Assembly (NCBI GenBank): GCA_964576435.1
Contig: CAZNUP010000002.1
Location: forward strand, 107,302-171,301
Reading direction: 5' to 3'
DNA: 64,000 nucleotides
Source of the DNA: an uncultured Gammaproteobacteria bacterium
GTDB lineage: Bacteria > Patescibacteriota > Microgenomatia > JAMCZE01
The notes under the pieces were generated by a model, which worked only from the letters and a program-made list of their open reading frames with translations, was not told the DNA's origin and did not search any database. How positions within the stretch are numbered: the stretch's first letter is position 1; every line of letters begins with the position of its first letter. Position numbers and translations under genes: made by a program. Shown here in pieces: positions 55,767 through 64,000 of this stretch.

Positions 55767-57503
55767 ATGTCTATTGGAGATAATTTATCCGATTTTATTT
55801 CGAACCCAGTTTCTAAAACGAGGAGGAAATCTGGCGTTGATCTTAGTAAAAGGGATTTTTCTGTGCGCATGCTTTCTGTGAGACTAGTTGGACTTGGGGT
55901 GTTTTTTGTTCTTCTTGCTGGACTTGCAAGGACACAGGTTTTGGAAGGAGCTTATTATAGAGATTTATCTAATGGAAATAGGGTGCGAGAGGTTTTCCTT
56001 CCAGCTCCTAGGGGAATTATTTATGATCGGAATGGAAAACCATTAGTTTCTAATATTCCAGCATATAGATTAGTTCGGTGCACAGATCAGGGGAGAAAGT
56101 GTGAAGCTGATACAATTTCCCGTGACCAGGCGATTGACTTTCAAACCTCTTCACAAAACAGCAGTGAGAAAGTTGATTTGGTAGTCGATTCATCAAGAGA
56201 ATACTTGGAAAGGGAAGCCACAGCTCATGCTCTTGGATACGTAAGTGAAATCTCGGCCCAAGAACTAACTGATAATCCAGAATATGTTCCTGGAGATAAA
56301 ATAGGGCGTGGAGGGATTGAAGAGAGCTACGAGGTACCACTTCGTGGGGAACGAGGCAAGGAGCTTGTGGAAGTGGATGCGCTGGGTAGGAGACTTAAGG
56401 TGCTGTCTGCAGTTTTACCAAAACCCGGTAATAATTTAAAACTGGGGCTGGATATTAATTTACAAAAGACTGCTTATGAAGCAATTAAAGAAAAATCTGA
56501 GGGGGCGGCGATTATTGCTACAAATCCAAAAACGGGAGAGGTGTTAGCAGTTGCAAGCAATCCATCGTTCGATCCCAATATATTCACAGATTTTTCTATT
56601 GATTCAAGCGAAAGGAATAGAGTAATTAATTCTCTCTTTAGTGATAGTTCGAGGCCGTTATTTGATCGAGCAATTTCGGGAACTTACCCACCAGGGTCTA
56701 CGTTTAAAGTTATTACATCAACGGCGGGACTTGAGAATAAAAAGATTGATGAGGATTTTACGATTGAAGATACTGGGATTATTGTGATTGGTCCTTATAA
56801 GTTTGCAAACTGGAAGTTTTTACATGATGGAGGAACGCAAGGGGTTCTAAATGTGGTTGGGGCACTTAAGGTTAGTAATGATATTTTCTTTTATAAACTT
56901 GGGGAGAAAGTTGGGCTTGATGGTTTAGTTTCGTGGATGCAGAAGTATGGACTTGCTCGGAAAACAGGAATTGATTTACCGGGAGAGATGTCGGGGGTTG
57001 TGCCAACAAAAGATTGGAGATCAAAATTTGCCCCTGAGTGGTATTTAGGGGATACATTCCACTTAGCTATTGGACAAGGAAAACTTCTTGTTACTCCAGT
57101 TCAAATTAATGCGTGGACAAATGTGGTCGCTAATGGGGGAAAGTTGTGTAAGCCACATGTGGTTCAAGGAGTTTCAGATTGTTCAGATCTTGGAATTAGT
57201 AAAAAAACACTTGGACTTATAAAGGAAGGGCTTATTGAAGCTTGCTCAGCTGGTGGAACTGCTTATCCACTTTTTAACTTTAAAGATCCGAAAGACAAAG
57301 ATAAAACGATTCAAATTGCCTGCAAAACTGGAACTGCGGAAATAGGAGACTTAGATAATAAGACACATGCTTGGCTCACTGCTTATGCGCCCGCTAATAA
57401 TCCAGAAATTTCCGTTACTGTGCTTGTTGAAAAGGGGGGAGAAGGGTCTGATACGGCTGCACCAATTGTAAAAGATGTGTTGACTAAGTATTTCTCTCTT
57501 TGA
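55767..57503 (+). CDS. mrdA: Penicillin-binding protein 2 (class B transpeptidase)
   Basis: STFKVIT (SxxK), KVSND (SxN) and KTGTA motifs. N-terminal TM. Confidence 0.85.
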   Translation: MSIGDNLSDFISNPVSKTRRKSGVDLSKRDFSVRMLSVRLVGLGVFFVLLAGLARTQVLEGAYYRDLSNGNRVREVFLPAPRGIIYDRNGKPLVSNIPAYRLVRCTDQGRKCEADTISRDQAIDFQTSSQNSSEKVDLVVDSSREYLEREATAHALGYVSEISAQELTDNPEYVPGDKIGRGGIEESYEVPLRGERGKELVEVDALGRRLKVLSAVLPKPGNNLKLGLDINLQKTAYEAIKEKSEGAAIIATNPKTGEVLAVASNPSFDPNIFTDFSIDSSERNRVINSLFSDSSRPLFDRAISGTYPPGSTFKVITSTAGLENKKIDEDFTIEDTGIIVIGPYKFANWKFLHDGGTQGVLNVVGALKVSNDIFFYKLGEKVGLDGLVSWMQKYGLARKTGIDLPGEMSGVVPTKDWRSKFAPEWYLGDTFHLAIGQGKLLVTPVQINAWTNVVANGGKLCKPHVVQGVSDCSDLGISKKTLGLIKEGLIEACSAGGTAYPLFNFKDPKDKDKTIQIACKTGTAEIGDLDNKTHAWLTAYAPANNPEISVTVLVEKGGEGSDTAAPIVKDVLTKYFSL

Positions 57504-58126
57504 TGCAAAGTATTAAAACAATTAAAAGAGGAGACAAAGATTATCCAGAATCTTTAGAAAATATCTCTGATCCGCCAGAGATTTTATATTATTTGGGAAA
57601 TTTAAGTATACTTGGCAAAAATATTGGAGTTGTCGGAACAAGGCAAATTACAAAGTTTGGACAAGAGGTAACGGAAAAAATAACAAAGGAACTTGTTGAA
57701 GAGGGATTTGTGATTGTCTCAGGGATGGCGCTTGGTGTGGATGCGGTTGCTCATTGGACCGCGCTTAAGAATGGTGGAAAAACTGTGGCAGTACTTGGTG
57801 CTGGGGTCGATGTTATATATCCACGGGAAAATACCCACTTATATAATAGTATCCTTGAAGCCGGTGGGCTTATTATTTCTGAAGTGGCTCCCGGAAGAAC
57901 GGTTCAAAAAGAAATGTTTCCAGCAAGGAATAGAATAATTTCTGGGTTATCAGAAGCTGTTGTCGTTACAGAAGCTGCTTTAAAATCCGGAAGTTTAATT
58001 ACAGCGAGACTTGCTCTAGAACAAGGGAGAGAGGTGTTTGCAGTTCCTGGTTCACCTGGACCTGACTATTTGATTGAACAAGGTGCCAGTTTGATTCTAA
58101 AATCTGAAGATAAAATTTCTTTTTAA
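57500..58126 (+). CDS. dprA: DNA-processing protein DprA (Rossmann domain only)
   Basis: IGVVGTRQITKFG...VSGMALGVDAVAH...VLGAGVD..YPREN...VTEAALKSGSLITAR. Confidence 0.8.
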   Translation: MMQSIKTIKRGDKDYPESLENISDPPEILYYLGNLSILGKNIGVVGTRQITKFGQEVTEKITKELVEEGFVIVSGMALGVDAVAHWTALKNGGKTVAVLGAGVDVIYPRENTHLYNSILEAGGLIISEVAPGRTVQKEMFPARNRIISGLSEAVVVTEAALKSGSLITARLALEQGREVFAVPGSPGPDYLIEQGASLILKSEDKISF

Positions 58127-58581
58127 AAAAATAAATTACCCAGACTAGACAGTACTATTATTGCAGTTAGAGCTTCTAGCCTATTATTGTCATCTATAAA
58201 CTGGAACTCCGAGGCACTGATGCTCTTTAGTTTTGCAAGCTCATAGACTGCTAATCCACATTTTTGTTTTCCGTGCGTTGAATGCTCGTCAACATATCTT
58301 TCCACTAAGTAATCTGTCCCTGCAACTAGCTTTTGTACATTAGGATTATATTCACAACAGAATATGGAATTAGGTTCAAGTTCTGGGTTTCGTCTGGTAG
58401 CTATTCTATAGGTTCCTGTCTTTTTTAAGTAATCTAAATTGCGAATGGGAAACGCACTAAAAACATGACTCCCTTTAAGTAGAGATGGGTTTATTTGTTG
58501 GATGTTTTTAATCAGTAAATCGTCTGGGTCTCCATGTTGGTATTTGTCGACGTTTCTAAAACTTATTTCATACTCTTGCAT
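58123..58581 (-). CDS. Hypothetical protein (152 aa)
   Basis: ORF track. Confidence 0.3.
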   Translation of the reverse strand: MQEYEISFRNVDKYQHGDPDDLLIKNIQQINPSLLKGSHVFSAFPIRNLDYLKKTGTYRIATRRNPELEPNSIFCCEYNPNVQKLVAGTDYLVERYVDEHSTHGKQKCGLAVYELAKLKSISASEFQFIDDNNRLEALTAIIVLSSLGNLFF

Positions 58582-58670
58582 GGTTAAATTTTAAATCTAC
58601 ACAACCCTATAGTCAATATTTGACATTACTGATAGAATTGACGAGCAGTGTTTTTGATACACTGATAAAC

Positions 58671-60623
58671 ATGGACCTAATTATTGTTGAATCACCAACT
58701 AAAGCTAAAACATTGGCCAGATTTTTGGGCGATGAGTTCAAAATTGAGGCCTCAATGGGTCATATCCGAGATCTTCCTGAAAGGAAGATTGGTGTTGATG
58801 TTAAGCACGATTTTAAGCCTGACTATGAGGTTCCAGCTAAAAAAGCAGAAAAAGTTAAGGAACTTCAGGCTTTAGCTTCTAAAGCAGATAAGATTATTCT
58901 GGCGACTGATCCGGACCGAGAAGGGGAAGCAATTTCGTGGCATATAGCATCACTTCTTCCTGAAAAGAAAAGAATTGAACGAATTACATTCCATGAAATT
59001 ACAGAGTCAGCCATTAAAGAAGCTTTAGGAAAGCCTGGAAAAATTAATATGCAGCTTGTTGATGCGCAACAAGCAAGAAGAATTCTCGATAGATTAGTCG
59101 GTTATAAACTGTCACCCCTTCTTTGGAGGAAAATAAGAAAAGGACTTTCTGCGGGACGTGTTCAGTCGGTTGCAGTTCGCCTTATTGTTGAAAGGGAAAG
59201 AGAAATTGTGGCATTTAAACCTGTGGAATATTGGGAAATTCTTGCTGATCTTAAGGCAAAGGGTGGAGAATTTCAGGCAAAGCTTGTTAAAACAGAAGTT
59301 AATAACGGGGAGGAATCCTCTAAAATTGTATCGGAGCTTGAAAAGGCGAAATTTATAATTACTGATATTTCAAAGAGAGAAGTTAGAAGAAATCCATATC
59401 CTCCATTTACGACATCAACTCTTCAACAAGCCGCTTCTAATTTAATGGGATGGAGTGCAAAACGAACTATGCAGGTAGCTCAAAGTCTATATGAACAAGG
59501 TGCTATTACTTATCACCGAACTGATTCCACAAATCTTGCCACGGAAGCAATTAGTATGGTCAGAGGTTATATTAGTAATGTTTATGGAGCTAAATATTTG
59601 CCTTCTGAACCTAGACTTTTTAAGACTAAGTCAAAAGTTGCCCAGGAAGCACATGAAGCAATTAGACCAACAAGTGTTGAAAAAACACAAGGGTTTGGAC
59701 TAGATAGAGACCAGCAAAGACTCTACGATCTTATTTGGAAAAGGTTTGTTGCCTGCCAGATGACAGAAGCACTTTATGAACAAATGGGAGTTGACATCAA
59801 AGCTTCTGATTATGCACTTCGAGCTAATGGAAATAAGATGCTTTTTGATGGATGGAAGAATTTATATCAAAAGCTTGATGATAATAGTGATGATCAGGAG
59901 CAAAGTTTACCTGATTTAAGTGTTGGAGAGCCTTTGGACCTTTTAAAGATACTTCCGTCGCAGCACTTTACGGAGCCGCCGCCAAGATATACGGAAGCCG
60001 GACTTATTAAAGCGTTGGAGGAACATGGAATTGGTAGGCCATCAACGTATGCGCCAATTATTTCCACTATTCAAGAGAGACAATATGTTGAGAAGGCTGA
60101 TAAAAAATTAATTCCAACAAATCTCGGGTTTGCAGTTAATGATTTTTTGACTACAAACTTCCAAAAGGAATTTGACTATCAGTTTACAGCCAATATGGAA
60201 AATGAACTTGACGCGGTTGCTAACGGAGATAAACAGTGGGTGCCAGTAATTAGAGAATTTTATGATCCATTTTCAGCAATATTAGACAAAGTTCAAGAAA
60301 CATCCGCTCGGGTTAAGGTGGAAGTGGAAACAACTGATGAAGTCTGTCCAAATGATGGGTCACCACTTGTTGTGCGAATTGGAAAGTTTGGGAGATTTTT
60401 AGCTTGTTCAAAGTTTCCTGATTGTAAATTCACTAAACCATATCTTAAAAAGGTGGACGTTAAATGCCCAAAATGTTTAATTGGTGATGTCATACTTCGT
60501 AAAACTCGCAGTAAGAGAACGTTTTATGGATGTAGTAGATATCCAGAATGTGATTTTGCATCATGGACAAAACCTAAGGCTCCTGGGGAAATAACAGAAC
60601 CTACTCCAACTGCTACTGTTTGA
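58671..60623 (+). CDS. topA: DNA topoisomerase I
   Basis: MDLIIVESPTKAKTLARFLG (Toprim), ...GHIRDL. C-terminal C4 zinc ribbons (CPNDGSPL..C; CPKC...C..C). Start at the Met at 58671. Confidence 0.9.
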   Translation: MDLIIVESPTKAKTLARFLGDEFKIEASMGHIRDLPERKIGVDVKHDFKPDYEVPAKKAEKVKELQALASKADKIILATDPDREGEAISWHIASLLPEKKRIERITFHEITESAIKEALGKPGKINMQLVDAQQARRILDRLVGYKLSPLLWRKIRKGLSAGRVQSVAVRLIVEREREIVAFKPVEYWEILADLKAKGGEFQAKLVKTEVNNGEESSKIVSELEKAKFIITDISKREVRRNPYPPFTTSTLQQAASNLMGWSAKRTMQVAQSLYEQGAITYHRTDSTNLATEAISMVRGYISNVYGAKYLPSEPRLFKTKSKVAQEAHEAIRPTSVEKTQGFGLDRDQQRLYDLIWKRFVACQMTEALYEQMGVDIKASDYALRANGNKMLFDGWKNLYQKLDDNSDDQEQSLPDLSVGEPLDLLKILPSQHFTEPPPRYTEAGLIKALEEHGIGRPSTYAPIISTIQERQYVEKADKKLIPTNLGFAVNDFLTTNFQKEFDYQFTANMENELDAVANGDKQWVPVIREFYDPFSAILDKVQETSARVKVEVETTDEVCPNDGSPLVVRIGKFGRFLACSKFPDCKFTKPYLKKVDVKCPKCLIGDVILRKTRSKRTFYGCSRYPECDFASWTKPKAPGEITEPTPTATV

Positions 60624-60667
60624 TAGTCTTGTCACAGCTTCTTAGCTCTGTTAAGTTTTAAAACATT

Positions 60668-62335
60668 GTGAAGTTTATCTTTGTTTCAGGCGGAGTCATC
60701 TCCGGACTAGGTAAGGGAATTATTACAGCTTCGACGTCCCTACTTCTTAAAAATTTAGGAATTAAAGTTGCCCCAGTTAAAGTTGATATGTATTTAAATG
60801 TTGATGCTGGAACGATGCGCCCTCAGGAACACGGGGAAACATTTGTTATGACAACGGGTCTTGAAACTGATCAAGACATGGGCAATTACGAGAGATTTTT
60901 GGGAGAGGATTTACCATCTGTTAATTACATAACTGCTGGGCAAATCTACACTGAGGTAATTCGCAAGGAACGTGCTTTTGAATATGAAGGATCAACTGTT
61001 GAGGCTATACCACATGTGACTGATGAGATTGTTCGGAGAATCAAACTGGCTGGGGAGAGCTCTAAGGCTGACGTAGTAATTGTTGAGTTTGGCGGAACAA
61101 TTACTCTTCAGGAAATTCACAACCGTGTGTTTTTGGAAGCCGCCAGAATAATGAGACTTAAGAACCCCCAAGATGTTGTACATGTTCACGTAACATATTT
61201 ACCATTTGTTAAAAGTGTCGGGGAACTTAAAAGTAAACCGGCACAAACAAGTGTTTATATTTTAAATTCTTGGGGGATTCAACCTGATTTTGTGATTGCG
61301 AGAAGTGAAGTTCCAGTTGATAAAAAGCGGGCTGATAAAATTGCACTTTTTTGCAATATAAATCCTAATGAAATGGTTTTATCTCCGGATGTGGATTCAG
61401 TTTATAAAGTGCCAATGATTTTAGATGAGCAAGGATTTGCGGAGAAAATTGTAGATAGACTTGGACTTAAAAACAAAAGGAAAAATGGAGTTTTAAAGGA
61501 ATGGAAGAAAATGGTTGAAAAGTCTGGGAAAGCTAAAAAGGAGATAACAATTGGGATCGTTGCTAAATATTATAAATCTGGGGATTACGATCTTTCAGAT
61601 TCATACGTGTCTGTTTTAGAAGCAATTAAACATGCAAGTTCGGAACTAGGGATAAAAACAAATTTGAAATGGATTAATTCAGATGGACTGGAAGAGAGAA
61701 AAGATCTAGAAAAAGTTTTTGAGGGGATTTCAGGAATAATTGTTCCACAAGGTTGGGGAAGTCGGGGAGTGGAGGGAAAAATCAAAGCTATTCAATATGC
61801 GAGAGAAAACAAAGTTCCATATCTTGGACTTTGTTTTGGGATGCAAATGGCTGTTATTGAGTTTTCAAGAAATGTAGCCCTTATGAAAGGAGCTAATTCT
61901 GAAGAAGCAGATCCTAAAACAAAGTTTCCTGTAATCCACATAATGCCTGATCAAAAAGCATATCTTGCTAAGAAGCAATATGGGGGGACAATTAGACTTG
62001 GGCAGTGGCCGACAAAATTTTTGAAAAATTCTAAGATTGAGGAAATATATAAGAAATATAAAGATTTTGATAGTGGATACTTTGATGGAAAAGTGGCACT
62101 TGAAAGACATAGACACAGGTATGAAGTGAATAATAAACTTGTTAAACAGTTAGAAAAAAATGGAATGATTTTTTCCGGTGTTAGCCCTGACGGAAAACTT
62201 GTGGAAGCAATTGAACTTAAAGATCACCCATTTTTTGTGGGAACTCAATATCATCCCGAACTTCAATCAAGGCCATTAACACCACACCCGTTATTTATCA
62301 GTTTTTTGGAGGCAAGTTTGGATAAAAACAAATGA
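60668..62335 (+). CDS. pyrG: CTP synthase
   Basis: MKFIFVSGGVISGLGKGIITAS..., glutamine amidotransferase C-domain (GLCFGMQ). Confidence 0.9.
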   Translation: MKFIFVSGGVISGLGKGIITASTSLLLKNLGIKVAPVKVDMYLNVDAGTMRPQEHGETFVMTTGLETDQDMGNYERFLGEDLPSVNYITAGQIYTEVIRKERAFEYEGSTVEAIPHVTDEIVRRIKLAGESSKADVVIVEFGGTITLQEIHNRVFLEAARIMRLKNPQDVVHVHVTYLPFVKSVGELKSKPAQTSVYILNSWGIQPDFVIARSEVPVDKKRADKIALFCNINPNEMVLSPDVDSVYKVPMILDEQGFAEKIVDRLGLKNKRKNGVLKEWKKMVEKSGKAKKEITIGIVAKYYKSGDYDLSDSYVSVLEAIKHASSELGIKTNLKWINSDGLEERKDLEKVFEGISGIIVPQGWGSRGVEGKIKAIQYARENKVPYLGLCFGMQMAVIEFSRNVALMKGANSEEADPKTKFPVIHIMPDQKAYLAKKQYGGTIRLGQWPTKFLKNSKIEEIYKKYKDFDSGYFDGKVALERHRHRYEVNNKLVKQLEKNGMIFSGVSPDGKLVEAIELKDHPFFVGTQYHPELQSRPLTPHPLFISFLEASLDKNK

Positions 62336-62874
62336 TTATAGGAACAAAAATATTATTGGATCTAGTTAAAAAACAAAATTTGGTTTCAGATCTTTCAGAA
62401 AGGGAACTAACAAATCCTGAAGGAGCGGGTTTTGATTTGCGACTGGGTGAAGTTTATGAGCTTTCTGGTAAAGGTTTTTTAGGAATTGATGAAAGACAAA
62501 CTCCTAATGCAAAGTTAGTTGCAAGGTTTGACCCCAAAAAACGAAGTTCATTTATTTTCAAACCACATAAATATTACATTGTTAAGACCATTGAGAAAAT
62601 AAGTGTGCCAGATGATATGGCAGTGTTATTTAGAACAAGGGGGACTGTTTTTCGTTGTGGGGTGGCGATTTATACTGGCGTTGCGGATCCTGGATATTCG
62701 GGAGAATTAAATTTCGCGATGGTGAACCACAGTGAGCTAGATTTTGAAGTAGAACTGGGAGCCAGAATAGTTTTTGCAATGTTTTATGAAGTTAAAGGTG
62801 GAGTGGTTTCCAAATATCGAGGACAGTGGCAAGGTGGTCGCACGGATGCAAAGAAGAAAGAAAAGCAAGTTTAA
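62332..62874 (+). CDS. dcd: dCTP deaminase / dUTPase-superfamily protein, paralog 1
   Basis: ...GAGFDLRLGEVYE... beta-barrel dUTPase-like. The start overlaps the pyrG stop (ATGA). Confidence 0.55.
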   Translation: MIIGTKILLDLVKKQNLVSDLSERELTNPEGAGFDLRLGEVYELSGKGFLGIDERQTPNAKLVARFDPKKRSSFIFKPHKYYIVKTIEKISVPDDMAVLFRTRGTVFRCGVAIYTGVADPGYSGELNFAMVNHSELDFEVELGARIVFAMFYEVKGGVVSKYRGQWQGGRTDAKKKEKQV

Positions 62875-62897
62875 TTATTTAATGATGGGTTTATATT

Positions 62898-63608
62898 ATG
62901 GCAGTTTTATCCAAACCTCAGATTATTAAACATTTAAAAGCGGGCAATATTTTTATTGATCCATTTAATGAAGCGAATTTAGCCAACACTAGTTATGATG
63001 TAAGACTTGGAAAATATTTCTATCGCCAGTCTCCAATGGATCATACTCAAACTCTTAATCCTTTTTGGGAAAAGTCTGTGCGAAAAATGTATCCTCTCGT
63101 TGAGGAAGCTCAGTCTGTTAAAAGATATAAATCTGATAGAAATCCGTTTTATGGTTTAACTGAGAAAGACTTAATAATCTTAGTTGCCCCCGGTGAAACT
63201 ATCCTTGCTCATACAATTGAATTTATTGGCGGAAGAAATGGTGATAAAAAAAATAATTTGCCTGCAGTAACTACAGAAATGAGGGCTAGAAGTTCAATTG
63301 GAAGAATTGGTCTTGCTGTTTGCAAATGTGCTGGGTGGGGAGACATTGGTTATATAAATAGATGGACTATGGAAATAACAAACTTTAGTAGTTCAATTAT
63401 CCCGATTCCTGTTGGAATGAGAGTTGCACAGATTATCTTTCATGAAGCAGAACCAGTTGAAGAAGCTGATAAATATTACAAGAAGGGAAAATATCAAACT
63501 GCAGGGGATTTGAAAGAGTTAAAAAAACTCTGGAAGCCTGAACTTATGATACCGAAACTTTATAAAGACCCAGACCTTGGGAAATTTGAAAAATTTGCTA
63601 AAGAGTAA
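62898..63608 (+). CDS. dcd: dCTP deaminase-family protein, paralog 2
   Basis: LSKPQIIKHLKAGNIFIDPF...SYDVRLGKYFY...ARSSIGRIGL. Confidence 0.6.
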   Translation: MAVLSKPQIIKHLKAGNIFIDPFNEANLANTSYDVRLGKYFYRQSPMDHTQTLNPFWEKSVRKMYPLVEEAQSVKRYKSDRNPFYGLTEKDLIILVAPGETILAHTIEFIGGRNGDKKNNLPAVTTEMRARSSIGRIGLAVCKCAGWGDIGYINRWTMEITNFSSSIIPIPVGMRVAQIIFHEAEPVEEADKYYKKGKYQTAGDLKELKKLWKPELMIPKLYKDPDLGKFEKFAKE

Positions 63609-64000
63609 TGAAAAATAAAAAAGGAATTTATATTGTTTTTGAAGGAATGGTTGGTGTCGGTAAATCAATCCAGTCGGCTTTAGTTGTTGAAAGATTAAAA
63701 AAAGATTTTCCAAGAAAACTTGTAATATATACAAAAGAACCAGGTGGAACTGAGATCGCACAGGAAATTAGGCGTGTGGTTCAAGGTATGATTTTTAAGG
63801 AAGAGATGGATCCTATTTGTGAACAATACTTATATGCTTCCTCGAGAGCGCAGTCTTTAAGAATGATTGTAAAACCCACTTTGGCTAAAGGAGGGATAGT
63901 TTTATCTGACAGGTCTTTTGTAACCAGTTTGGCTTATCAAGGTTTTGGTAGGGGTTTAGGGATGCCTAAGGTTTTGGAAATCAATAAAGCTGCGGTAGAT
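63607..64000 (+). CDS. tmk: Thymidylate kinase, 3'-truncated by the window edge
   Basis: MKNKKGIYIVFEGMVGVGKSIQS (P-loop) ... DRSFVTSLAYQG. The start overlaps the stop of the preceding gene. No stop before the window end. Confidence 0.7.

Overview
This 64 kb window looks like chromosomal DNA from a low-GC, reduced-genome bacterium, plausibly Patescibacteria/CPR-like. The sequence alone cannot give taxonomy. Genes are compact and often overlap by a few nucleotides. All family, motif and tRNA assignments were made by eye from the translations and sequence; nothing was searched or folded.

Core content:
- **Ribosomal cluster (minus strand, 4.0-8.5 kb):** secE-nusG-[two inserted ORFs]-rplK-rplA-[inserted ORF]-rplJ-rplL.
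- **Other ribosomal and tRNA genes:** L33 and L28, tRNA-Trp(CCA), tRNA-Thr(GGT), tRNA-Tyr(GTA) and tRNA-Thr(TGT).
- **Cell wall, shape and DNA processing:** ddl and murF (divergent), an mreB-mreC-mreD-mrdA(PBP2)-dprA block, topA, and def/fmt/uppS.
- **Nucleotide and isoprenoid genes:** pyrG-dcd-dcd-tmk, and a polyprenyl synthase next to a UbiA prenyltransferase.
- **Other housekeeping:** RNase HII, Fe/Mn SOD, Hsp20, a UbiB/ABC1 kinase, TspO, an M50 protease, a CPBP protease and oligoendopeptidase F.
- **Secreted/surface island (11.4-17.4 kb):** signal-peptide, Pro/Thr-rich-linker and Cys-rich proteins, plus a type IV pilin-like protein.

Accessory or unusual content:
1. A GC-rich mosaic of about 3.3 kb (25.5-28.8 kb) abuts the 3' end of tRNA-Trp. 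It holds two pairs of ~110 bp inverted repeats: A/A' around a DUF4145-like zinc-ribbon gene and an unknown gene, and B/B' around a large serine recombinase. Degenerate copies of the same repeat sit downstream of tRNA-Tyr (40.8-41.0 kb) and at 24.6 kb.
2. A Doc/Phd-type toxin-antitoxin pair shares a terminator with rplL.
3. A solitary IS200-like HUH transposase has a perfect hairpin upstream.
4. A MoaA-like radical-SAM gene and a dNK/dTMP-kinase-like gene form an operon bracketed by two GreA-like paralogs.
5. A standalone class III nucleotidyl cyclase, and an HExxH protein encoded antisense inside the mre cluster.

No CRISPR array or rRNA gene was found.
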